From contig NC_043007.1 in NCBI RefSeq assembly GCF_006345805.1, positions 56,296,001 through 56,360,000 of the forward strand: a DNA stretch of 64,000 bases. Reading direction: 5' to 3'. This DNA comes from Octopus sinensis (Eukaryota). The notes below the pieces were generated by a model that was not told the origin of the DNA, searched no databases, and was given only the letters and a program-made list of their open reading frames with translations. Shown one piece after another: positions 53,201 through 64,000 of this stretch; the stretch's first letter is position 1; the number at the start of each line of letters is the position of its first letter. The position numbers and the translations under genes are program-made.

Positions 53201-53739
53201 CTTTATGTGGAATACAGTTGTGTCCCGGACCAAAATGAAATTTCAGAGCGACTAATTCTAGTGAAACACAAAAATTATGGAAACATATTCATGGACTCTC
53301 ATTGAATAGTGCATTAGCTAACTTACATGATTCTGATGAATCATGGAGTCTGCTAGAGGATCCTTGCGGTGAAGCTGATCGTGTATCTCATTTCGACAAA
53401 ATTTGTCTCTTGTACTTCAAAATATCCGGAATGCTCTTCTTCCATAACTCTCTATGTGAAAGTTGTGACTAGAGCATCGGGAAATTGTTTTGTTCCGAGT
53501 CTTAACGTTCTTAGTTCCAATATTTCTGAGATATACATTACCTTTCATCCTTCCTGACTCAATACTATAAAGCAACAGTCAAGTACTAGAATTGCTGGTA
53601 TCGACTAAATTCCTCCCCGCAGAATTACTGGCCTTGTGCCTAAATTAGAAATAATTCTCAAATAATAATCATTTGTAGGCTGTTCTTTAGGTCTCTGAGA
53701 AATTCACACAAGCAAATGAGGGTACCATCATGTGGTCAA
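52728..53739. repeat. Pair of ~224 bp inverted repeats (52728-52951 and 53516-53739) around a ~565 bp spacer
   Basis: TTGACCACATGATGGTACCCTCATTTGCTTGTGTGAATTTC...GAAATATTGGA matches the reverse complement of the right arm at roughly 90% by eye; the arms include a SINE-B fragment. Confidence 0.85.
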
Positions 53740-54199
53740 CCTGGTTGCAAAACAGAGCCTACGGCCTTAAATATGGATAATAACATTAGATAGCATAGTT
53801 TTAGATATAATAAGTTTATAATTCTTGATAAGATGATGACGGCTGAGCATCCTCCGTCTGCTCGATTAGGACTGGATATGAAGATAAACAACAACAGCTG
53901 CAATTTGAATATTCTAGTTTCTGCTACACTTCTTATTACCATTGAAATAACATGTTTTATCACTAATTGGTGGTTAACTGATTATTACTAGTCGAATATG
54001 TTATAATTCTGTTTATATTTCACGAATATGTGAAATACATAAATACATTTGTGAAAATGCCGTTAATCTACAAGCTCTGATTATTCTCAGTTTATAATAA
54101 CGTCTGTTGTACAGGTTACATACACCAAAACATACAACCAACTTAACCGTGACTTAGTTTCAGTCAATTTCAATTAATTGACAGCTTTTCACTTTTCTC

Positions 54200-54350
54200 G
54201 CGACCAATATCTTTCGGTAAAGTATTCTGACATGGTCAACTTTACCTTTCATCCACTTGGAATCGTTTAAATAAGTATCAGTTGAGCACTGGAGTCAATG
54301 TCATCGACCAGCCTCCTCGCCTGAAATTTTTAGCCTTGTGCCAATAAATG
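54200..54350 (+). mobile_element. SINE family B, 3' fragment
   Basis: TTTACCTTTCATCC...ATAAGTATCAGTTGAGCACTGG...TGAAATTTTTAGCCTTGTGCC. Confidence 0.5.
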
Positions 54351-55699
54351 CCAATCTTTCGGTAAAGTAAAAGTGTCAGCAATTTTATTTTCTCTATTTT
54401 ATAAAATATTGTGTACTTTAAAATAAGATGTAGATGCTTGAAAACCAAATTCAATAAACGGTTTCAAAACCATGTTAAATCTACTTTATATCCTTTACGA
54501 TATCATTCCTTGGGAGGTATGGGTATCGCACCCTATTAGTTGTTCTGTGAAAATATCAACGATGTGCACCAGTTGATGTATTCAGCTACATACAATGGAA
54601 GATAAAAACAAAATTGAATATTGCCTCTTAACTTTACTGTATTCTAGAGAAAGTCACAGTTTGTAGAAACAAAATATATTCAGATTGTAGGCCAAAGTGT
54701 GGCTAGTTCGAAACCCTTTACTACAATTGTACTGTGGCTAAGACTGAAAGATACCTTTCGTTGGATCAGTCGGCAACAAATCTCTTCTATGTTCTAGAAG
54801 ATACTCTTGAGAGACTGAGATTTATTCAAGCTTCATAGTAACGTGGTTAGCTAAGTTAATCAATTTAATATCACATATAATCATTCCGCAATCTTCTGGC
54901 AACGTATTTCAGGCAAGTAGCTGATTTAACTTAACGTATAATGAAAAGTCAGGCCTCCAAATACAAGAAACATCAGCTGATGATTTGAACACACAAATTC
55001 ACAATCAAGAAGTTCGATGTATAAACCACGTTCCCATCTCTTTACCTGCTCAGTCCATGTAACTTCGACAATGTTTAGAGAAAAAAATGATGAACTTGCT
55101 CTAAAGTTGTCCTTGTACTAAGTCTGCCACTGAAAGCTTGCGATAGATTAGATTCTACAAGAAGCAAAATTTGATAATGTGGTTTATATTGATTATTAAA
55201 ATAATACCTCAATAAAATTATAATTAAAGTGCTTTTCTTTTTCAATTACCAACATCCATCAGCACAGTGTAAAAAAAATAAATAGCTTACAAGCGAAATC
55301 TAATTTGAAATCACTCTAATTTTCAGATTCTCGTTAACATTATGGAATTGAGTATACTTAAAGATAAACAAAATAAAACGATAATTAAAAAATTAACCAA
55401 ACACAAAGGAAAGAAATAATTACTAAGGTCACTATACAGGTTCTAAGTATCGAAGAGTGGAAACTTTGAATGAGTCATTGTAAACTGTCTAAGTTTATAA
55501 ATTTTTGCTGCGATTAAGTTAAACTTACGAGTCAAAAAGGTGAGATATGATATTACCTAAAGTTCCTCCTCAATCAACTCTTTTATCACAAATCTTTTTC
55601 TTTCCTCCTCATTCTTTCTTTCCCAATTTTCTTATCCATTATGAATATTCTTTTATGATCATTTTGTTTCTCCACTTCAAATTTCTGAATACATTAATG

Positions 55700-55985
55700 G
55701 GTTCACATCAGATGAACCATGAATGATGGAGGTGAGGGTTGTCATAATCATCTAGATAATATCCCAGGAGAACCATGTCTCAGAGAAATCCAAAAGATTG
55801 TTCTGACAAGTACTGCCCACATACTTAGAAAAAACCCTATCAACTTAAATGTGTGTGTTATATTACATGAAGATATTTCGCTACCACCCCTGCCGCTTTC
55901 CCTCCCTAAGCTTTCAGTCATACTGTAACCTCTCTTATCCTTCATTTGCCTTAGGACGCTGGGTGTGTCTCGGTAAGTGATTGTA
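55700..55985 (+). mobile_element. R4/Dong-type LINE 3' end followed by (TAA)n
   Basis: NIPGEPCLREIQKIVLTSTAHILRK, then a 3' UTR and TAA repeats. Confidence 0.65.
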
Positions 55986-56019
55986 ATAATAATAATAATA
56001 ATAATAAAGATAATAATAA

Positions 56020-56587
56020 ATGCCGTGATGCAGTACCAGGCAGTGGCTCTCATGACTTCTGATCTTAAGTGATTGGAAATATTATCATGTACATTGTTTT
56101 CTCTTAGTATAAAAGATGGGCTACAGCAAATATTCGGCTCAATACCACAGATTTGTTGTCAGTTGCTTGACCTTAAACGGTTGACCATGTCTAGCGATAT
56201 GTGCATGACCATAACCAGTTGAGCATGGCTAACGATATGTACATCTCTGATCACAAGTAGAAGTAGTGGGTGAGCATATAGCCATGTATTGAGAGGAATT
56301 CTTTGTGGTTTAACTAATTCACCATTGGAATCATAGGGGTTTTGTTCAACAATCCTTACTCAGGGACCTTTTGAGCGGGATGGGCTACTTAACTGAAGAA
56401 AATTCTAACTGAAACCCACCTGCAAGGTCATACGCTATTTATCTTGATATGAGATCACCATGTTGCGCGCATATGGTTGTGATGCATGGACCTGGTGTAC
56501 CCTTATTAGACGGGCAGCCATGATGGGTATATTGGGCTTCGCATATTTGTACCCCAGTGTCACTTTGGTTGCATACGCTGCTCCCTC

Positions 56588-56588
<1 letters not shown>
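56020..56588. mobile_element. Non-coding ~570 bp interspersed element bounded by (TAA)n
   Basis: Complex non-coding sequence with abrupt TAA-repeat boundaries and a short internal tandem duplication (~56170-56250). I recall similar octopus repeats but have not verified this. Confidence 0.45.
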
Positions 56589-56638
<50 letters not shown>

Positions 56639-56639
56639 C

Positions 56640-57535
56640 GTAGCAAACAAGCTGATGTCGACCAGAAACACACGCACCAATGGTTACGATGTTCAGGGCT
56701 AAAAGCAGAGACTGAAGGCTTCAAATTAGCTGCTCAAGACCAAAGCTTATTAACCCGGAACTACCAAGCCAATGTGATGAAAAATGGAGCTGACCCAAAA
56801 TGCCGATTCTGTAACGATGAGATTGAAACAATAGACCACCTAATCTCAGGGTGTAGAGTCTTAGCACCCGCAGATTATAAAGCAAGACATGACAGAGTCG
56901 GCCAGTATTTACATTGGACAATATGTCGGCATTATAAAATCAAAACCGCTGACAAATGGTATAAACATCATCCTGAAGCTGTGACTGAGGGAGAAAATGT
57001 GTCGATTCTATGGGACTTCCCCGTGCAGACCGACAGGACTATAAAAGCTAATAAACTGGATATTATTATAAAAGATCAGACAAAAAGGACGTGTTTATTA
57101 ATTGACATGAGTATTCCCTGTGATCACAATATAGCGGCGAAAGAATTTGACAAGATTAGTAAATATGAAGACCTGCTAATAGAAATTGAAAAAATGTGGC
57201 ATCTCAAAGCGACTACAGTACCAGTGATTGTAGGATCTCTAGGATGATAAAAAAAGGAACTGAAACCTATTTCAAAATGATTCCAGGCTTACCATCCCTA
57301 CAGGAAGTGCAAAAACTCGTATTAACTGGAACGGCTCATGTACTGAGAAGAGCACTATCGCTGTGAAAATAGCATCCATCCATGAATTTATTTATTTATT
57401 AATTTTTAAATACATATTTTATCTTTGAATTTACGCGTGTAATCTGGGAATGCATACAATGCCCTTCTCTGCCCTAGGTGTATGGAAAACACTCGGCGAG
57501 AAACGGAAGAAAATTTGAAGAAAGAAGGAAAAAAC
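56640..57535 (+). mobile_element. R4/Dong-type RLE LINE, 3' ~0.9 kb (CCHC zinc knuckle plus restriction-like endonuclease)
   Basis: AAQDQSLLTRNY, CRFCNDEIETIDHLISGC, RHDRV, WDFPVQTDRTIKANKLDII, LLIDMSIP, PVIVGSLG and QKLVLTGTAHVLRRAL motifs; flanked by TAA repeats. Confidence 0.92.
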
Positions 57536-57554
57536 ATAACAATAATAATAATAC

Positions 57555-57826
57555 CAGGAAACCCCAAAATGGCAGAAATTCAAAAGATAGTGCTCATAGG
57601 AGAACTGCTCATATCCTACGCAAAATACTTTCTATGTAATCTCAAGTTTTAAAACAAACATAATTTTGTTTTTTTTTTCTGACATTCACTAGTACGACAC
57701 TAAATACAAAACCAAATATATGGCACACTAGGCATAACAACATCACGAACTTCCAACCTGTTGTCTCTTGAGATCTCTGGGTGAGACTTGGAGCCAACTT
57801 GTACAAATATAAAGCAAAAGTCAAGC

Positions 57827-57830
<4 letters not shown>
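57555..57830 (+). mobile_element. Further R4/Dong-type 3' end followed by (TAA)n
   Basis: EIQKIVLIG(E/T)AHILRKILSM* with a frameshift, then a 3' UTR and (TAA)n at 57829-57890. Confidence 0.7.
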
Positions 57831-57895
<65 letters not shown>

Positions 57896-57989
57896 TAATG
57901 GTCACAAGGTCCGAACACAATACACAGAGGACGAGACACAGACGAGGGATAGTGGGGTTAAAAGGCGTGTAAACAGCAAAAAAACAATC

Positions 57990-58640
57990 ATTAACAAGCA
58001 AAATTAAACAGACGATGTAATTCTCCAATAGGAGGGAGTTACACCAAGGTGATCAAAAAATCCCACACACTTTGGACTTCCGAACAGCAAAGGCACCTCA
58101 GGTGCCTCTCCTCATTCTATCGTTGTGAGACGCCGTGAGTGGTATATTCTCTTTCGGACGTTCGTGTTGACGTTTGTTCTGATGCACTTGGGTTGTTGTT
58201 GTTGCTGCTCATGCTAGTGTTGCTTCCGCTATTGCTGCTACTGCTACTCCTACTACCACCTTCGCTATTCTGTCTCCCTAGATGCAATACCTGCTTCTAT
58301 TTCCATGTCTATCTGCTATTGTTGTTCTTGTTGTTTTTGTTGTCCCGAAGGTTGTGTCGGTTACATTTGATCTTTCCTTTCTGCCCTTTTGTTTTGGGTG
58401 CGTGAGCAGAATGCCTGTAACTGACCCGTTGATTCACAAACGTGGCATCTCGGCCACCTGCCCTCCACATTTACTCGTAGCTCTGGAGGGAAAACAAGTC
58501 TGGGACTCTCTCCACCTGCTCCGGTTTTAAATGGAAAAGCCCCTCCAGGGTGGTCCCAACCCAATTCTCCCTCCCTAATTTGTTTACGTCCAGAAGATTT
58601 TTGCCTCCGTCTGCACAAATATAAGCGAGAATCCACCACA
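57990..58640 (-). mobile_element. Probable Tx1/L1-like LINE ORF1 fragment with a degenerate zinc knuckle
   Basis: ORF 58361-58639 contains VNVEGRWPRCHVCESTGQLQAFC (CX2CX4[H->Q]X4C), followed by an S/N-rich linker. Confidence 0.5.
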
Positions 58641-58714
58641 TTGTCTGTACGATAATCAATCAGTCTGGTATATCTAGTTTAGCCTTCATTATTTTCTTTG
58701 ATATGGTCGTGAGC

Positions 58715-58932
58715 ATAAGGCATCGAGCTGGCAGAAACGTTAGCACACTGGGCGAAAAGCTTAGCGGTTTTTCGTCTGTCTTTATGTCCTGAATTCAAAT
58801 TCCGCTGAGGTCGACTTTGCCCTTCATCCTTTCGGGGCCGATAAATTAAGTACCGCTTGCATACTGGGGTGGATTTAATTGACTAATCTCCTCCCTCAAA
58901 ATTTCGGGCCCTGTGCCTAGAGTAGAAAAGAA
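58715..58932 (+). mobile_element. tRNA-derived SINE family B, near full length
   Basis: AAGGCATCGAGCTGGCAGAAACGTTAGC...TTCAAATTCCGCTGAGGTCGAC...GTGCCTAGAGTAGAAAAGAAT. Confidence 0.85.
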
Positions 58933-58944
58933 TATGGTCGTGAG

Positions 58945-59460
58945 AATTTCCCTGTCGAACGTGTGCTTTTTGCATTAATAGCCCACTATTACGTCGCTCT
59001 TGGGTGATTTTCCTTTTGTTAGTTTCGTATTATCGATTAAGTGGATTTCTCTTGTGGTGTTATATATTTTGAGAGAGGCAAGTGCACAGTACTCACTTTG
59101 TGGTTCATTTGACCATGCAGCTTCGAAATTGTGTTCTTTGTATACATTCCATATTCCTCGCCAGAATAACTCCAGACCCTCATGGGCTGGAGTAGTTGCA
59201 ACCTTGATGGTGTAGTATTTTACACTGTGATATACAGCTTGTGGGTTTCAGGCAAACTTGTGGTTTATATTTTCCGTTCATGTAATTTTTACGATAATAA
59301 GTGTTTCACTTACCACTCGTAGATGGTTTTGAGGGCGACCAGTTTTCTTGAGAGTGTTTTCTCAGCGGCAGTTTTCATAAAATTTGGAGAATCTATCATG
59401 CAGTCATAGTTGGTGATTTGTAAAGTTAGTTTTCACTTTGATCATAGTGTCCAACAATAC
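58945..59460 (-). mobile_element. Decayed R4/Dong-like LINE fragment (pre-RT region)
   Basis: LELFWRGIWNVYKEHNFEAAW and GKSPKSDVIVGY resemble the FW--IW----HN--A-W and KSPG-D-I--YW motifs. Confidence 0.5.
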
Positions 59461-60287
59461 AATCTCCTGACTCTATGTATGTATGTATGTATGTATGTAT
59501 GTATGTATGTATGTATGTATGTATGTATGTATGTATGTATGTACGTATGTACGTATGTGTATATGTGTATATATGTATATATGTGTGTGCGTGTGTTTGT
59601 ATGTGTGTGTCTGCTGATCTAACTAGCAAGCCAGTCACAAACATCCCCTTCTCTCCCCCTCTATCTGCTTTCTTATAACTTTCTAAAAGTCTTATCTTTT
59701 TTCGTTTGAGTGTGTGTTCGAACTAATTAGTGCCTTACTTAAACATCAAACCAACGGTTGAGCATTGGTGTGTGGATTCGGTTTTGAACCTGAAAAATCG
59801 GTTATACAAAAGCACTGACTGTTATTGTTTAGTTTTGTTTTTGTTTTTTTTTCTTAATATTTTTCTTTAAATATTTATACATATTCATGCATTTTCTTGT
59901 CATCATCGGTTTTCATCAACACATCGTCAACCCACGCTCAACTGTAATCACATTCACGGCTGTGTTGAAACAATTACAAAATGAATGCAAACATAAGATT
60001 TCACACTTTCAGTTAAATTCTCTCTCTCTCTCATTCTCTCTCTCTCTCTCTCACGCACGTACTCCCAGGATTCACTCTCCTCCACCGATTACACATGCAC
60101 AAACACACACACATACACACACGCACACACACACACACACCACACACACACACACACACATACACACACGCACACACTCACATACAGGCGTCATTCTAGA
60201 TTTCCTTTTCTACTCTTGTTTCCTTTTCTTTTTTCGTAGTGGAGGTGGCCGATGGACGATGGTGATGATGCGTTCGCATGTGTGTGT

Positions 60288-60332
<45 letters not shown>

Positions 60333-60827
60333 GTAACATCTCATTTTTACAGACGGGGATTCATTAGGGTTGTCAATGTGTATATTGAACGAAATGCGGA
60401 CGGCTCGCCGAGTGACGACCGCACATACCAGACGACCAGCCGGTCAGCTAGTAAACAAACAAGCAAAGAAACGTGCATTGTGTGTGTGTGTGTGTGTGCG
60501 AAGCCAAGCAATAACGGGTCTCGGCAAATCTGTTGTTTATGGGTATTCATCTATATCCGATACGTGAAACTTCCACTATAAGGATTTCTCTAAGCCAAAC
60601 CTATACGCCAGCTAACTGATGACAGCAACAGATGTGGTGAGAGATTATAACTCGTGGGAGGAGAATGGGAACGGGACAAAATATAGAAGAGTGGGTGAAA
60701 TTATGTTTCAGAGGAGCAAAATGAGAGTGAGGGTAGAGTGTGGATAATAGTGAGAGATAAAATGGAAAACGAAAGCGAGAGAGAGGGAGAGAGGGAAAGA
60801 GAGGGAGGGAGAGAGAGAGAGAGAGAG

Positions 60828-60893
<66 letters not shown>

Positions 60894-61639
60894 TGTGCGT
60901 GTGCGTGCGTTTGTGTGTGTGTTTATGTGTGTGTTGGTACAGAATTAAAAGGACGAGAAAGGATAAACGATGTAAATGTGTGGGAGAGAAAAATAAGAGT
61001 AGCAAGAAAATATTCTAGACTACGACATTTGAAGAGATTAAGAGAAGAAAGAAAAGAGATTAATTGGAAAACAGAAGAAAAAACAGGGAGGAAGAGAGCG
61101 GGGAAAGGAAAGGGAAAGAAAATGAATGAGAAATGAGCTGAACGAGAGACGTTGTGATGAGAATGGGAGACAAAGAATAACAGGAAAGACAGAATAACAG
61201 TGACTGACTAAAAGACCTTGGCAAAAAGTTGAGTGAAAGAAAAGTCCATGTCTCTGTGGTAAAAGCAAGAATTTTCGATTGCAGCAAGATATAACTAGGT
61301 GCGAAGCCATTTCCATTATAAAAAATATCATCACACGAAATGTATTTTAAATGAGGCCATTGACTCTCTCTCTCTCTCTCTCTCCCCACCCTCTTTCCTT
61401 CTCTCTGTATATATGCTCGTGCGCGCGCGCATATGTGTGTGTGTTAGTGTGATGTCACCGTAAACTGAGAGCACCATTGAACCAACGACGGAATCTCTTA
61501 CGAAGCTACTCAACATGTAGAAATAGCAGTTTCGTTTCGCAATCAAATCACACTGGTCAATCATAAATATGTGAAGGAACCATTGGACAATATTCATGCA
61601 GATGGCGTTTTTCAATTACTTAATTTCTAAAGTAATCAT

Positions 61640-61850
61640 TTTCACTGGAAGACATACTGAATCCTTTGAGCCGCTAATGTATATGGAAGGATCACAAACT
61701 GAAAACGTTTGAAGGAGACTGCTTCTAAAAACGGCATGAAGAATGCAATGGGTATGGTCCCGGTAACAGGACCGATAAAATATTCAAGAAATATTTTATA
61801 CTTGGAACACTGTAGGAACTGTTCGACAGAATAGGAAGCTGTTGATATTT
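61640..61850 (+). mobile_element. Possible piggyBac transposase remnant
   Basis: TVGTVRQNRK at 61808-61837, preceded by a TDKIF-like segment (compare TDNFF). Confidence 0.4.
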
Positions 61851-62139
61851 AATGAAAACAAGTTCACCTAAAATTGAAACACCGGGATCAAGCTTACCAC
61901 TGTCTATATAACAGTAAGCAATTACTTACAAAAGCATGAATTTTGTAATATAAATTTAGATGTAACACAGAGACCTGCTGGAGCATGGTGGCAATGGAAT
62001 ATCTAAGTAGTTTCGTAGATCACATAAAACTGACAATAAATAACAAAACAGCGAAGAGTAAAAGTATGTAATTACACTATAAAGAAGGAACAGGGTAGAA
62101 TTCAAGATTTCGGATAGCGCATTTTTATTTTTATGGCTG

Positions 62140-62440
62140 GGTTCAACCCAGACCGAAGCAACAACGTCCACCCGCCAATCTTCTCGGTCCTACATCACTG
62201 TCTCGAGCTCCTTGATACATTCCAGTCCGGTGTCGATGTAAGTGTGGCGATGTTTTCCTCTTCATACATCACCATGAAGTGAGTCCCACAAGACTAATTT
62301 AGATGCTTCCAGCTCAGGCTGGCGCGCTCAGTAACCAGATAGTCGCAGTTGTCTATGCCTGATCTTCTCGCTAGTTTTCAGCAGGTTTGTCATGTGTTGC
62401 ATGCCGCGGTTCTCCTACTTCACACTTGCCTTCACGTGCA
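62140..62440 (-). mobile_element. RTE-type LINE 3' fragment
   Basis: QLRLSGY...QPELEASKLVLWD...RGKHRHTYID...ELETVM-DREDWR on the minus strand. Confidence 0.7.
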
Positions 62441-63114
62441 ACAACTAATTCTCCATTTTAACATACCCAATCAAACTCAAATTGTTTATTGTGTTCGTTG
62501 CCTATAACAACAGTGTTTTACTTTTATAGGTCCAAACAACTGAAAACACTCTAATGTTCACTTCAAACCTTACCCCAACATATTCAACTTCACCAAACAC
62601 GATCATAAAGTTGAACACGAGAAAGAATCTCTAAATGACCGAAAAATCAAAATACCAAGACAATTCCGCCTGGATGTCCGCTCTCATGACATCTTGTAAC
62701 TTCTGAAGATAATTTCTTCACTTTTCTCCTACTGGTTTCCGTGACTTAGAGGCTACTTACTAATCCTTAAGTTATATATAAGAAATTAGTAAAAGTAACA
62801 ATTATTATTTGTATGAAGTTGCATGTAACCCAGTAGAGGTCAGGTTCTTGGGAACAGTAAATAGATGAGTTTCAGTTACATTTCCGACTATACACTTAAT
62901 AGTAAAGGATTAAACCTTACAATGTTTCGTTAAGCATTTCGCCCGGCGTGCTAACGATTCTGCTAGCTCGCCACCTTGCTACATTCATTAATTATACTAA
63001 TTCTAAGTTATCTATTGTTTTCTATGCGGATGGTGTATGTAAGTATTTAATTTCAGTCAGTAAAAAGGAAAAAAAATTTTTCTCGCCTACTTGTGAAAAA
63101 TAATTCTACAACAT

Positions 63115-63490
63115 AGGCGCAGGAGTGGCTGTGTGGTAAGTAGCTTGCTAACCAGCCACATGGTTCCGGGTTCAGTCCCTCTGCGTGGCATCTTGGGCAA
63201 GTGTCTTCTGCTATAGCCCCGGGCCGACCAATGCCTTGTGAGTGGATTTGGTAGACGGAAACTGAAAGAAGCCTGTCGTATATATGTATATATGTATATA
63301 TATGTATGTGTGTTTGTCAACCGATGCTGGTGTGTTTACGTCCCCGTCACTTAACGGTTCGGCAAAAGAGACCGATAGAATAAGTACTGGGCTTACAAAG
63401 AATAAGTCCCGGGGTTGATTTGCTCGACTAAAGGCGGTGCTCCAGCATGGCCGCAGTCAAATGACTGAAACAAGTAAAAAAGTAAAAGAG
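63115..63490 (+). mobile_element. tRNA-derived SINE family A, near full length
   Basis: AGGCGCAGGAGTGGCTGTGTGGTAAG...GGTTCAGTCCC head, internal (TA/TG) tract and AGTAAAA repeat tail. Confidence 0.88.
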
Positions 63491-63500
63491 TAACATATCG

Positions 63501-63823
63501 CAGGCGTGGCTGTGCTGTAAGAAGTTTACTTTCCAACTACTTGGTTCCGGGTTCAATGTCACTGCGTGGCACTCTGGGTAGGTATCTTGTGAATGGATTT
63601 GCTAGACAGAATCTGAAAGAAGCCCGTCGTATATATATATATATATATATATGCATGCATGTGTGTTTTTTCGTCTGATCTGTTTTCGTCCCCCGACCCC
63701 CACCACTCAAATATTTGAAAACCGGTATTGGTGTGTTTGCGTCCCCGTAATATAGCGATTCGGCAAAAGCGACCGATAGAAAAAGCATGGCCGCAGTCTA
63801 ATAATTGAAAAAAGTAAAAGATA
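63501..63823 (+). mobile_element. Second, older SINE family A copy in tandem
   Basis: Same head, body and tail as 63115-63490, with deletions. Confidence 0.8.
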
Positions 63824-64000
63824 GGGGATAAAAGAGAACTTGGAAAATTCTCCCATTGGTATTTGAATAAGGTGTCAACGACAACTAAAATATATTTGGA
63901 CTTGACTCCTGTTACTTGCAGAAAAAAAGATTAAATTCATTATAAGAGCCTTTGTGAAAAGACTGTAGTTTCCACAACATACAAACCGTTCTAAATAGAA

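Noticed and set aside
53325-53345. CTGATGA inside the CATGATTC-TGAT-GAATCATG hairpin
   Set aside because: No downstream GAAA or stem III; an ordinary short palindrome.

Overview
AT-rich, microsatellite-saturated animal genomic DNA. It is most likely octopus: the SINE-like families and the (TA)/(CA)/(TAA) load match what I recall of Octopus repeats, which is an inference and not a database hit. I can support no host protein-coding exon, so this looks intergenic or deep intronic. Nearly all long ORFs in the supplied track are artefacts of simple repeats. The recognisable content is a transposon graveyard: a full-length but frameshifted RTE LINE with three C-terminal C2H2 fingers (14.4-18.5 kb), several R4/Dong-type RLE LINE pieces sitting in (TAA)n, Tc1/mariner/maT/Tigger relics, two Helitrons, three families of tRNA-derived SINE, and several Penelope-like (PLE) insertions. 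The standout is a non-coding ~507-509 bp repeat at 33281-34434, present as tandem plus inverted copies. It contains a fully foldable type I hammerhead ribozyme with an unusually long stem II, and its tandem arm breaks off 7 nt from the predicted cleavage site, which makes it a candidate octopus retrozyme (circular-RNA-producing, PLE-mobilised element). Other highlights: a Neptune-type PLE whose ~3 kb 3' region is a colinear CA-rich pseudo-microsatellite ending in a minimal hammerhead (three motif copies), a ~430 bp near-perfect palindrome with hammerhead-like motifs on both arms, and a PLE with a tRNA-like module at its 3' end.
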